A stretch of 64,000 bases of DNA from a virus. Positions 54,934 to 64,000 of this stretch are shown here, in pieces; the first letter of the stretch is position 1; each line of letters begins with the position of its first letter. Below the pieces are notes generated by a model. The model had not been told where the DNA came from, ran no database searches, and saw only the letters and a program-made list of their open reading frames with translations. The position numbers and the translations under genes are program-made. The DNA is taken from IMG/VR virus record IMGVR_UViG_3300025133_005514, positions 1 to 64,000 of that record. One strand, 5' to 3'.

Positions 54934-57900
54934 TGCCCAACATCGAGGATATGTGGGAGGAGACAGCCACCCCACAGCTGCCGACCACGGAGTTGGCCAT
55001 CGACCCCACCCCGATGGGAGGCACCGGAAACATCGGCGACCTGTGGGACGAGCCGGAGGCGGCAGAACCCCGGGCGGAGCGCCGCCCCCCTCGCCAGAGA
55101 CCTGAACCCAGGGCGGCACAGGCGCGGGAAATCGGCGACCTGTGGGACGAGCCAGATACGCCGGCTCAGGTGCCTGCTCCAGAGTACGGCGACGACCCGC
55201 CCGACACCCTGGACGACTCCATCCTCACGGACTCGCTGCCCATCATCGAGCCGGAGAAGCGTCAGCCCGCCAGCCAGGCGTGGGTCCAGGCCCGCACCAA
55301 GTACAACCGCCTCCACAGCCCCGTGGAGAAGGTGGAGGTCCTCGACGCCTGGATGTCGGAGTACCTGCCGGCGGAGCGCAGGCGGGCGTACAAGGAGGCT
55401 GGCGAGCCGGGGGAGCTGCACGGTCTGTGGAAGTTCCTGGACCGTGTGGACAAGTGGACTGACCGCATGTCCAGGGCTGGGCCCATCGCCCTGTGGGAGG
55501 CCCGCAAGAAGTATTTCGAGACCGGCGAGTACGTCGGACCCAAGGAGATGTGGGGCCTCCTCCAGGACTCCTGGCGGAACGACCGGGGCGACCTGGAAGA
55601 CGGCACCCGGGCCCTGAAGGCCCTGAAGTCGTACACCTCCAGCATCATCGGGATGCCGGGGGCCACCATGAGGGGTATGTCGGAGGCCGACTTCCTCGCT
55701 CAGATCGAGGCAGACACCGAGGCCGACTTTGCCTCCATGGCCTCATGGATCGACAAGAGCGGCATCGGTCGGCCCATCACCTCGGTTGGCATGGCTGGCC
55801 TGGCTGTCGGCTCTCAGCTGATTTGGGGAGGTGAGAACTTCAAGTCCATGATGGAGGCCCGCAGCGCCATGATGGAGCAGGAGGCTTACGCCTCAGGCGA
55901 GGCCATCATCGGGTTCGTGGGCCTGGCTACGATCAGCCACCTCAACGCCCTCGGCGGCAAAGGCATCGCCAAGACGGTGGGCACCAGGGGCACCCGCTTC
56001 GGCAGCGACGTCGTCACCCACTCCCTCGCCCAGGAGAAGGCGACCCTCAAGGGAATCATGGACGCCCAGGGCGGCATCCTGGACAAGGGGATGATCTCCC
56101 TGCGTGAAGCCTCAGAGGCCGGCGACTCGATCGACCCTGCCATGGGGCGCATCATCGAGACTCTGGCTGACGACCCCGTCCTGGACGTTGTGGCCAAGCA
56201 GGAGGTGGACGAGTACCTCACCGAGCTTGCTGAACTGACCCGCGTCAGGGACGAGATGGTTGCTGCCGGCGGCGATGCTGGGGCGGCGGATGCCAGCCTC
56301 GCCAGCCTTCAGGCCGACATGATCGAGAAGCTGTCGGGCCACGTTGACTCCTACAAGCAGCGCGCTCCCGCAAGGATGGAGGCGAACGTCACGGCCCAGG
56401 TCGAGGCTCGCTACCTGGATGCGGTGGACACCGCCTTCCGGCACGAGGTGCCGCTGTACGGGGCCGAGTCCATCAACGTCCTAAACAAGCTCAAGCACGG
56501 CGCTGTGTTCGAGGCCGCTCTGGACGGCGCTGCTGAGGCCGTGGGCCTGTCCCGGGCCGAGCTTCTGGCCAAGACCAAGAGCGGCGACAACGTCATTCTG
56601 TCCGAAGCCCTGGGTGCCATGGGCGTCAACGCTGGGGACCTGCCGGGCCACGAACTGAAGGCCGAGGCTCTGTGGGCTGAGTTGATGCGGCAGGGGCACC
56701 GCGACAAGAAGCTGCTCAAGGACATCGACTTCAAGCTGACCGGCGAGGTTGACGAGTACGGACACCTGGTCGTTCGACCCGAGGACGTGAAGATCACCTG
56801 GCAGACCCCGGCGGAAGCGAAGGCCGAGCTTCTCGAAGCCGGCATGGTGATGCCCAAGGACAGCGCTATCGGCCGAGCCATGGCTGCTCCGGGCCAGGAG
56901 TTGATCGAAGCTGTCGCGAAGGTGTCGGGCAGGGGTGACGAGTTCGCCAGGACCCAAGCGTTCCGCCAGCACAAGATGCTGTCTGCCAGCGATGCTCTGG
57001 GCCACAAGATGGCCTACGCCGCGTTGTCGAAGTTCCCGCCGTTTGTCGAAGCCATCACCCGCAACGCATGGTCCATCGGCAGCCCCCGCAAGGTGACCCA
57101 CTTCTACGGTGGCACCGAGGCTGCGGTTAGGGGAACTCCTCGCCCCAAGATTCTGTCCCGTCGCAGCATCCTGCACCCGGCGAAGTTCGCTCGGATGGAG
57201 GCCAGGACCCGGGCCCAGCACGTCACCCGTGGCGTGGACCGCGAGCGTCTCGGCCTGTTCGTGCAGCGCGTGTTGGCCATCTCGAAGGACCCCAGGATTC
57301 AGAACCTGGCTGTCCTGTACCGGGAGATGGGCTGGACGGACGAGCTTACGGAGCAGCAGATCATCGCTCTGGCCCACCTGGAACGGGTGGAGCACATCGT
57401 CTCGCAGTCCGACCTCGGCCGGAACCTGGACGAGATTGCGATGGACACGGCCAACGTGTCGGACGACGAGATGCGGTCCATCATCTCCGGCCTTCGGACG
57501 GTGCTGGACCCTGATTCTCCGAACCCCAATCGCCCCGCCGCGTTCCCCGACACAGCGCTGGCCGGCGAGGATCACCTCCAGGGCATCACAGCCATCGTAG
57601 GAAGCGTCGTAGACGAGCTTGAAGATGCCTACCGCAACGGAGGAGCAAAGAAGCGCAAGAAGGCTCTGAGGGCCGTTGCTGTGCAGACCGGTGTTATCCG
57701 CCGCGCTCTGACGGATGTGCTGACGAAGGAGCACGAACTCAGCCGCATGATCAAGGGCTGGGAGCAGGCGGCTCCGATGTTGGAGGAGGGGAAGGAGCTT
57801 CGCACCCTCCGCAAGTCTCTGCTCGGCGCTGTTCGCGGGAAGTGGGACGAGGACGCTCCGCTGGAGGATGTGGTCCGCCGTATCCAGGAGCTTCAGGCCA

Positions 57901-60900
57901 GCTACGACAGCAAGTACGGCGCTGTCCACGGGGAGCTTGCTGCTCTGCGGACTGGTCTGCCGCCCGGCGGCAAGTCCACCTGGGCCCAGCACCGAACCAA
58001 CCTCCGCGACAGCATGGCCGCGAGGTTCGGGGACGAGCAGGTTGACGAGCTTGTCATGCCGCTGCTGGACCAGCGCGCGAAGACATGGGCTTCGTACCAC
58101 GGCGTTCACCCGGACCAGGCCGACGCCTGGTACGCCAAGACCATCCGCGACTTCCAGACTGCCGAGACTTACGACGCCTGGGACAAGGGTCAGCGGGCTA
58201 CCGGCCACAACACCGAACTCAGCGCGGAGACCTCAGGCGGCATGTACAGCGCCCTGGAGGTGAAGCTCCAGGACTTCCCGAAGCCGAAGGCCACGGTTCA
58301 GGAGGTACTCGGGTTCCTTCGGAAGCAGGGAGTGAAGCAGGAAGAGTTGGACGACATGTCCTTCTTCGCCTCGCTGGACCCCGGGACGAAGGTGACCAAG
58401 GCCGAAATGCTGGAGGAGTTTGAGCGCAGCCAGCGTCCGTGGACCGAGCACATCCGCACTGACAACGTCGCCGTCAAGACCGCCAAAGAACGGCAGCTAG
58501 CCTCAGAGCTTGAGGTTTTGAACAAGCGCATCGCCGAACTGGAGAAGGAGGCCGACCCGGTTGACAACATTATGGCCCTGCTCGGCGGCCCCGAAGAGGG
58601 TGACGAACTGACCCCTCTGTACCGCCAGCGAGATCGGCTAGCCGCTGACCTGCGGAACGAAGCGTCTGTCGCCACAGAGAGTCGCAGGTTCGAGGATGTG
58701 TTCAGGAGCGAGGTTGCAGAGGAGGTTGGCGACAGCCTCTCCTGGGTCGAGCGCATCTCGCCAAGCTCAGGCCCACCAGACCTGTTCGGCGACATGTCTG
58801 CCGGCGGTTTCGAGGTTCGGTACGTGCATCGCGGGAACGCGTTCGGGGAGACCCTCTCTGCGGTGGATGAGCCTGACGCCTTCGCCGCGTTCGACGGGCT
58901 TATGCAGGGGCGTGATCGGTACGACCACAAGCCGGCCCAAGATCGCACCACCCGATCGAAAAACGCCTGGACCCGAGAGGGGGACCCGGATGGCGGCACC
59001 GGCTACACGGAGCGTGTCTACACCCTCGACGAACTGAAGGAGGGGGAGGAGACCTTCACGACCGGCCACTTCGTCACGGACGAGAACGTCTTTCTGCACA
59101 TCCGGTACGACTTCGTGACCGGCGCAGACGGGAAGAAGGAGCTTCGTCTGATTGAGGTCCAGAGCGATTTGCACCAGAAGGGGCGGAGCACTGGGTACGG
59201 ACCTACCAGGTATGAGACGCCGGACGACATCAACTCCAGACTGGATGACATCAGGTCGGACCCAGACTTTAGTCAGCTAACCCGATTTGAGCAGGGAGAG
59301 TGGGCCAGAGTCACCTCCGATGAGATGTTCGACCACCTGGATGCCATGGGGGACTTTGAAGACGCTGGGTCCATCTTCGACGTTTTGGTTGATCAGCTAG
59401 ACATGACCCTCGACACCCAGGCCAGGAATGCCACCAAGCGACTGGTCGCCAAGTACAGCCGGCCAGGCACCGGTAAAACCAATAAGGGCCTCCCCTCGGC
59501 CCCCTTCAAAAAGTCCTGGCGAGCCTTCGCCCTGAAGCAGGCTGTGAAGGCCGCTGTGGAGGAAGGTGCGGAACGTGTGTTGTGGCTGTCCGGGGATGAG
59601 GTAACCCGCGCCCGCAGCGCCAACGCCAACCTCGCCCGCATCACTTACGACGAGGAGCTGCCGAGGGCTGCGAAGAAGCTCTACAAGCGGCACGGAGCCA
59701 GGCCCCGCAGGGGTCGGCCCGCGTTGGGCGGGATCAAAGAGAGGCTCCGAGGGGAGGGGATCGACATCAGGCCCGAGGACAAGTTCATCCTGATGGAGGA
59801 TGGTTCGTCCGAGATTTACTCCGTGGCTAAGAGCAGGGACGAAGCCGTTCGGCACCACGACGAAGCGTTCCGTGTGGATATCGACGCTCCCGAGGGGGCT
59901 ATTGAAATCATGCCCCTGGAGGAGGGGTTGGCCAGGTGGGCGAAGGCTAACGGCATCCCCTCAAGCCCTGTGGGTAACCACATCCTCGACCTCACCCCCG
60001 AACTCAGGGCGTCCGTCTCAGACAAGGGGCAGACACTCTATAGCGCTGCCTTTGACGACTTCAAGGCGGTCCAGTCCGACGTCATCCGCGCCATCGGCGA
60101 CACGGAGGACCTGCTCCGGGACATCGAAGCCCAGGTGGCGAAGCTGGCCCCCTACGAAGCCAGAGCCAAGACCGCACGCAAGAAGGTGGACCTGAAGAGG
60201 GCCGCGATTGGTGCAGTCCGCGAAGCCCGGGAGATGCGGGCAGCGGTTGCGAAGGCTCGTGCTGCTCGGGGTGGCCTCTCTCTGGAGGGGTCGGAGGCTG
60301 GCGCGGGCCAGCTTTCCCTGGAGCGAGCCGGACCCGGCGGTCTGTCCATGGAGGGCCCCGGAGCAGACCCCAGGCCCACCGCAAGGAGCGAGGCTGAGCG
60401 ACTGACGTCGCCGCTCTCGGACGAAGAGACGGCTATCCGCCAGGTTGAGGACAAGTTGCTCGATGCGGCCGAGGCCGAGGCTCGGATGCTCGGAGCCGAC
60501 GTTCTCAAGAGCGTTCCCACCGACGTTAGGGACAAGGTCGCAGACCTCTACAAGCAGCGGGTTGCCCAGAGGCGCTCAATCCAGGAACTTCAGCGCAAGG
60601 AGGCCCAGCGCTTGGTTGACGCTATCCCTGGGTTGGACGGACAGGTTGATTACGTCTCGGTGTTTACCCATCGTATGGGCTTACGGCAGGGGGAGCTTGG
60701 GGAGGTCGTCGTCAGGCTGAACGGTGAACACGTCGCCATCCCGACCCGAGATATCGAGGCTGCCGGGCTTGGCGGGGTTGGCGACAACTTGGTCACGTAC
60801 TCAGAGCTTCAGACCAAGTCGATGTACGCCATCCGTGATGCCAACGACTCCATCGAATCCTTGCGATCCGCCTCCCTCAGCAGGGCCGACCTCCAGTTCC

Positions 60901-63900
60901 AGGGCAACACCAGCGGCGTTCGGGGTGTCCACGAGTCCATGGGCGACCTGTCACAGAAGACCATTGCGGCCTTCGCCTCCGCCGATATCAACACGTTGAT
61001 CCACGAACTCGGCCACCTCATGCGCCGGGACATCCCCCTCACGGACCTCAACGTGCTCAGCAGCTGGGTCAACGCGAACCCGAAGGTCAAGCAGATGGGC
61101 ACGGTCACCACCGTGGGTGGCAAGTGGGTGGGCCTGGACAAGAAGGGCAAGAAGAACGACGCCGTCCTTCAAGCAGCTGAAGAGATGTTCGCCGAAGGCT
61201 TCGTGCAGTACCTGAAGAAGGGCAAGGCTCCGGTCAAGGAGTTGGAGACGGCCTTCGCCAGGGCGAAGCAGTGGTTGCGGGACATCTTCACCGCGATCGT
61301 CTCGCTGCGGCTAGATGGCAAGCGTCGCAAGAGGCCGCTCAACATCAACGTCGAGCTTGGCCACGGCGCTATCGAGGCGATGGACAACCTGTTCATCCCG
61401 CTGGAGGGCAAGGCTGCGAAGGCTGCCGCTGCGAAGCGGGGCGGCAAGGCGAAGGCTCTGTCGGACTACCGTGCTGCTGAGGCTGCTCGGAAGGTTGAGA
61501 TTGAGGCTCGTCCCGTCACAGAAGCGAAGGCGTTCAGCAAGATTGAGGACTTCAAGAACTCTCCGAACCGTGGGCGAGGTGAAGCGGCCAAGGTCAGGAT
61601 CATGGCCAAGACCGGCTCCCAGGTGTTCGAGGAGATCATCGAGCGGCTCCCCGTGGTGGGTGACGAACTCAAGGAGGCGTTCGCCAAGGCCCTGCTGTTC
61701 GGTTCGAAGATCGACCTCCCCGAGGGTGGGACCTGGTTGGACACGATCCGAACCGCTGACATCGACACCTCCAGCGTGTCCGCCTTCAACAGCGGCGACT
61801 ACGGCAAGGCTCTCAGAACCTCCTTGCTGGGCGGCAGGGCTGATAGGGTCGCGAAGATCGAAGGCTTCCTGAACGACCTCAGGAAGGCGGCTGTGGACCT
61901 AGAGGACGCCCTCAAGACCGGCTCCGACCTCCCGCCCCTGGAGGTGGCTCCGTCCATCGCTACGGCTGTTGGCGCGAAGTCCCAGGTCTCCACCATCTGG
62001 CGGCAGTTGGCCGAGGAGCAGCTGCCCTGGCTGGACCAGGTCCTCAAGGACAACCAGGCTTCGGTCAAGCAGACGATGGACCGGGCGAACCTGGAGGCCA
62101 AGGCTATGGCTGCGGCCACGGCTGACCAGGAGGTTGCCGAGCTTCTGGCCCGAGCCGTCGCCAACCAGGACTACGGCGAGGTCCAGAAGCTGGTTGCCCA
62201 GAGCATGGAGGCTGGCCGCAAGGGCGTGAAGCGCAACCGCAGCAAGTTCGCCCACGAGAAGAAGCCCGTGGAGGGAGACCTCAAGCAGCTGGACGACATG
62301 CTCAAGTCGCCCGAGGCGATCAAGGACCTTGAGGTCACGATGGACTGGCTGGGCTGGAACACGGACAGCCCCCAGAAGATGTGGGACGCCCTGCGACACG
62401 GCAAGGAGTTCTCGGCCTCCCACAAGGCCCGCATGAAGGAGTACCGAACGCGGGTGCTGAAGTCGTGGAGGGACCACGAGACCGCCCGCCAGTTCAAGAC
62501 CCTGACCAAGCGCGAGCAGGAGATGGTCAAGCGTGTCCTGAAGAACCCGGCCATGTACCGCATCCCGGACGGGCTGAGCCCGGAGGTTGCGAAGAAGGCT
62601 GCCGCCCGTGGCATGAAGCGAACGGTCGGCGAAGACCTGGACCCGAAGGCTCTGGAGATCGCAGAGGTCCTGGACGAGTTCTTTGAGGGCTACCTCCAGA
62701 AGCTGCGTCACGAGCACGGCGGGCTGGCCAACTTCGACAAGGATGAGTTCCTCACCCGGGTCGATGTCGCCGCCTACGTCCCCCACATCCTCACCTCGAT
62801 GGCCCGAGACAAGGTGCAGAGGCTCAAGAACGCCGGGACCCTCCCCAAGAACTTTGACCCCATGTTCCTGGAGCGTCGCGGCATCAAGGGGACGATCGAG
62901 GCTATTAACGACCAGATGCGCCGCAGCCTGGCTACCTCAGCGCTCCGGTCCAAGGTCAAGGCTGGGAAGCTGGACGCCGCTGCGTTCGGGTTGGACGGAC
63001 CAGCCATGCGGCACGCTGCTGAGAACAACACGCTGTCCGAGCTTCTGACCCCCGAGGTCTACGACCAACTGGTCAACGAGATGATTGAGACCTTGGACGT
63101 GGGCCAGGGGTTCGACTTCTTCGAGGTCGAGCCGATGCTCCTGATGGAGCACTACGCCACCCAGGTGGACCGCTCCCTGTCTGACGCCTCCTACCTCCGG
63201 GACATGATGGAGATGTTCCCGATGGGGCGGAAGTTCTCCGAGATGGACCAGGCGAACGCTGCGACGGGCAGGCCGGGCGAGTTGGTGGAGATGGCTGCGG
63301 AGGCTGCTGGCTACAGCAAGCTGTCGCACAACGACTACCTCGCCACGCTGGCCAACCTGAAGCTGCCGAAGCAGCTGCGTAAGTACGGCGAGTACATCCG
63401 GGGCCAGATTGTCCAGGGCAAGAGCCCGAACGAAATCATGCGGCTGCTGCACGAGCAGGGCGTGACGGTGGACCTGGAGTGGATTGCCTCCTTCCGGGCT
63501 CCGCCCGTGTACCTGCCCATCCCGGTGGTTGAGTACCTCCAGTGGATCAACCGTCCCGACAAGGGTGGCGCTGGGACGGAGTTTCTCGACGGCATCCTGT
63601 CCTGGGCCAAGGGCATGGCGACGGTGTCATCCCTCGCTCACATCTCGATGAACGTCTTCGGCAACATCCTGTCGGTCATGCAGCTGGCCACGCTGAAGGA
63701 CCTGCGTCCGAAGAACCTGATGAAGGCGTTCACCATCTTCGCCAAGCGCCCGCCGGACCACCCCTCCTGGGGGCAGATGATCACGCTGGGCGACAAGACG
63801 ATGTCCGCGAAGGACTGGCGTACCAGGCTCCAGTTCGGTGGCGCGCTGGACGTGCCTGGACAGAGCGCGTTCCGGGAGGAGATGCTTGGCAGAGCCCTCG

Positions 63901-64000
63901 TCAGCCCGGCCTCCGACGAGGCTGGCGTGGGCAAGCGGATGGTTGGAGCGGTCGGAGGAGCGGCAGTTGGAGCGGCCATCGGTGGCGCTGTGGGTGGCGT
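54933..64000 (+). CDS. giant polyvalent / internal virion protein, >3000 codons, 3' end off window
   Basis: GTG overlaps the previous TAG. The frame reads open (MPNIEDMWEE...AAVGAAIGGAVGG) and contains MYSALE, IEVQSDLHQKGR, APFKKSW and TLIHELGH...EEMFAEGF. Absent from the ORF track, consistent with no stop in the window. Confidence 0.88.
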   Translation, partial: MPNIEDMWEETATPQLPTTELAIDPTPMGGTGNIGDLWDEPEAAEPRAERRPPRQRPEPRAAQAREIGDLWDEPDTPAQVPAPEYGDDPPDTLDDSILTDSLPIIEPEKRQPASQAWVQARTKYNRLHSPVEKVEVLDAWMSEYLPAERRRAYKEAGEPGELHGLWKFLDRVDKWTDRMSRAGPIALWEARKKYFETGEYVGPKEMWGLLQDSWRNDRGDLEDGTRALKALKSYTSSIIGMPGATMRGMSEADFLAQIEADTEADFASMASWIDKSGIGRPITSVGMAGLAVGSQLIWGGENFKSMMEARSAMMEQEAYASGEAIIGFVGLATISHLNALGGKGIAKTVGTRGTRFGSDVVTHSLAQEKATLKGIMDAQGGILDKGMISLREASEAGDSIDPAMGRIIETLADDPVLDVVAKQEVDEYLTELAELTRVRDEMVAAGGDAGAADASLASLQADMIEKLSGHVDSYKQRAPARMEANVTAQVEARYLDAVDTAFRHEVPLYGAESINVLNKLKHGAVFEAALDGAAEAVGLSRAELLAKTKSGDNVILSEALGAMGVNAGDLPGHELKAEALWAELMRQGHRDKKLLKDIDFKLTGEVDEYGHLVVRPEDVKITWQTPAEAKAELLEAGMVMPKDSAIGRAMAAPGQELIEAVAKVSGRGDEFARTQAFRQHKMLSASDALGHKMAYAALSKFPPFVEAITRNAWSIGSPRKVTHFYGGTEAAVRGTPRPKILSRRSILHPAKFARMEARTRAQHVTRGVDRERLGLFVQRVLAISKDPRIQNLAVLYREMGWTDELTEQQIIALAHLERVEHIVSQSDLGRNLDEIAMDTANVSDDEMRSIISGLRTVLDPDSPNPNRPAAFPDTALAGEDHLQGITAIVGSVVDELEDAYRNGGAKKRKKALRAVAVQTGVIRRALTDVLTKEHELSRMIKGWEQAAPMLEEGKELRTLRKSLLGAVRGKWDEDAPLEDVVRRIQELQASYDSKYGAVHGELAALRTGLPPGGKSTWAQHRTNLRDSMAARFGDEQVDELVMPLLDQRAKTWASYHGVHPDQADAWYAKTIRDFQTAETYDAWDKGQRATGHNTELSAETSGGMYSALEVKLQDFPKPKATVQEVLGFLRKQGVKQEELDDMSFFASLDPGTKVTKAEMLEEFERSQRPWTEHIRTDNVAVKTAKERQLASELEVLNKRIAELEKEADPVDNIMALLGGPEEGDELTPLYRQRDRLAADLRNEASVATESRRFEDVFRSEVAEEVGDSLSWVERISPSSGPPDLFGDMSAGGFEVRYVHRGNAFGETLSAVDEPDAFAAFDGLMQGRDRYDHKPAQDRTTRSKNAWTREGDPDGGTGYTERVYTLDELKEGEETFTTGHFVTDENVFLHIRYDFVTGADGKKELRLIEVQSDLHQKGRSTGYGPTRYETPDDINSRLDDIRSDPDFSQLTRFEQGEWARVTSDEMFDHLDAMGDFEDAGSIFDVLVDQLDMTLDTQARNATKRLVAKYSRPGTGKTNKGLPSAPFKKSWRAFALKQAVKAAVEEGAERVLWLSGDEVTRARSANANLARITYDEELPRAAKKLYKRHGARPRRGRPALGGIKERLRGEGIDIRPEDKFILMEDGSSEIYSVAKSRDEAVRHHDEAFRVDIDAPEGAIEIMPLEEGLARWAKANGIPSSPVGNHILDLTPELRASVSDKGQTLYSAAFDDFKAVQSDVIRAIGDTEDLLRDIEAQVAKLAPYEARAKTARKKVDLKRAAIGAVREAREMRAAVAKARAARGGLSLEGSEAGAGQLSLERAGPGGLSMEGPGADPRPTARSEAERLTSPLSDEETAIRQVEDKLLDAAEAEARMLGADVLKSVPTDVRDKVADLYKQRVAQRRSIQELQRKEAQRLVDAIPGLDGQVDYVSVFTHRMGLRQGELGEVVVRLNGEHVAIPTRDIEAAGLGGVGDNLVTYSELQTKSMYAIRDANDSIESLRSASLSRADLQFQGNTSGVRGVHESMGDLSQKTIAAFASADINTLIHELGHLMRRDIPLTDLNVLSSWVNANPKVKQMGTVTTVGGKWVGLDKKGKKNDAVLQAAEEMFAEGFVQYLKKGKAPVKELETAFARAKQWLRDIFTAIVSLRLDGKRRKRPLNINVELGHGAIEAMDNLFIPLEGKAAKAAAAKRGGKAKALSDYRAAEAARKVEIEARPVTEAKAFSKIEDFKNSPNRGRGEAAKVRIMAKTGSQVFEEIIERLPVVGDELKEAFAKALLFGSKIDLPEGGTWLDTIRTADIDTSSVSAFNSGDYGKALRTSLLGGRADRVAKIEGFLNDLRKAAVDLEDALKTGSDLPPLEVAPSIATAVGAKSQVSTIWRQLAEEQLPWLDQVLKDNQASVKQTMDRANLEAKAMAAATADQEVAELLARAVANQDYGEVQKLVAQSMEAGRKGVKRNRSKFAHEKKPVEGDLKQLDDMLKSPEAIKDLEVTMDWLGWNTDSPQKMWDALRHGKEFSASHKARMKEYRTRVLKSWRDHETARQFKTLTKREQEMVKRVLKNPAMYRIPDGLSPEVAKKAAARGMKRTVGEDLDPKALEIAEVLDEFFEGYLQKLRHEHGGLANFDKDEFLTRVDVAAYVPHILTSMARDKVQRLKNAGTLPKNFDPMFLERRGIKGTIEAINDQMRRSLATSALRSKVKAGKLDAAAFGLDGPAMRHAAENNTLSELLTPEVYDQLVNEMIETLDVGQGFDFFEVEPMLLMEHYATQVDRSLSDASYLRDMMEMFPMGRKFSEMDQANAATGRPGELVEMAAEAAGYSKLSHNDYLATLANLKLPKQLRKYGEYIRGQIVQGKSPNEIMRLLHEQGVTVDLEWIASFRAPPVYLPIPVVEYLQWINRPDKGGAGTEFLDGILSWAKGMATVSSLAHISMNVFGNILSVMQLATLKDLRPKNLMKAFTIFAKRPPDHPSWGQMITLGDKTMSAKDWRTRLQFGGALDVPGQSAFREEMLGRALVSPASDEAGVGKRMVGAVGGAAVGAAIGGAVGG
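55032..55153 (+). repeat. 23-bp direct repeat encoding IGDLWDEP twice
   Basis: ATCGGCGACCTGTGGGACGAGCC at 55032 and 55131. Confidence 0.85.

Noticed and set aside
49324-55153. Diversity-generating retroelement
   Set aside because: No reverse transcriptase and no adenine-variable repeat pair noticed; the 23-bp repeat is an exact coding repeat.
55142-63979. Many short ORFs listed across 55-64 kb
   Set aside because: They overlap the single giant plus-strand frame starting at 54933.

Overview
The window reads as part of a GC-rich tailed dsDNA phage genome with a podovirus-like (P22/T7-type) virion module. No host housekeeping genes, integrase, DNA polymerase, tRNA, rRNA or CRISPR array are visible. 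Left to right: (1) 1-4.6 kb, a partly fragmented nonulosonic (sialic/legionaminic) acid cluster (legB-like stub, neuC stub, neuB, neuD fused to an XRE HTH, neuA) with a ~350-nt structured RNA candidate inside it. (2) 4.9-12.5 kb, terminase large subunit 1 and portal 1, then a beta-rich structural gene and holin/spanin-like genes. (3) 12.4-24.5 kb, two divergent early blocks (NUMOD4-HNH, Ocr-like and other acidic proteins, MoxR AAA+/vWA pair, PC4-like protein) separated by a second large structured non-coding region. (4) 24.5-25.6 kb, a non-coding skew-switch region. (5) 25.8-37.7 kb, recombination and replication genes (RuvC-like resolvase, amino-MTase, RecT, Cas4-like exonuclease, DEDDh exonuclease, HNH, initiator with iterons, primase-helicase, XRE, C5-MTase). 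(6) 37.7-64 kb, terminase large subunit 2, a backwards-facing portal 2, scaffold, a single major capsid gene, adaptor, nozzle, short fibre-like proteins, ejection proteins, and a >3000-codon polyvalent protein that runs off the window and is missing from the ORF track. The most striking feature is two intact, paralogous TerL+portal pairs alongside only one visible capsid/tail set. All functional calls come from motif recognition by eye; no searches were run.
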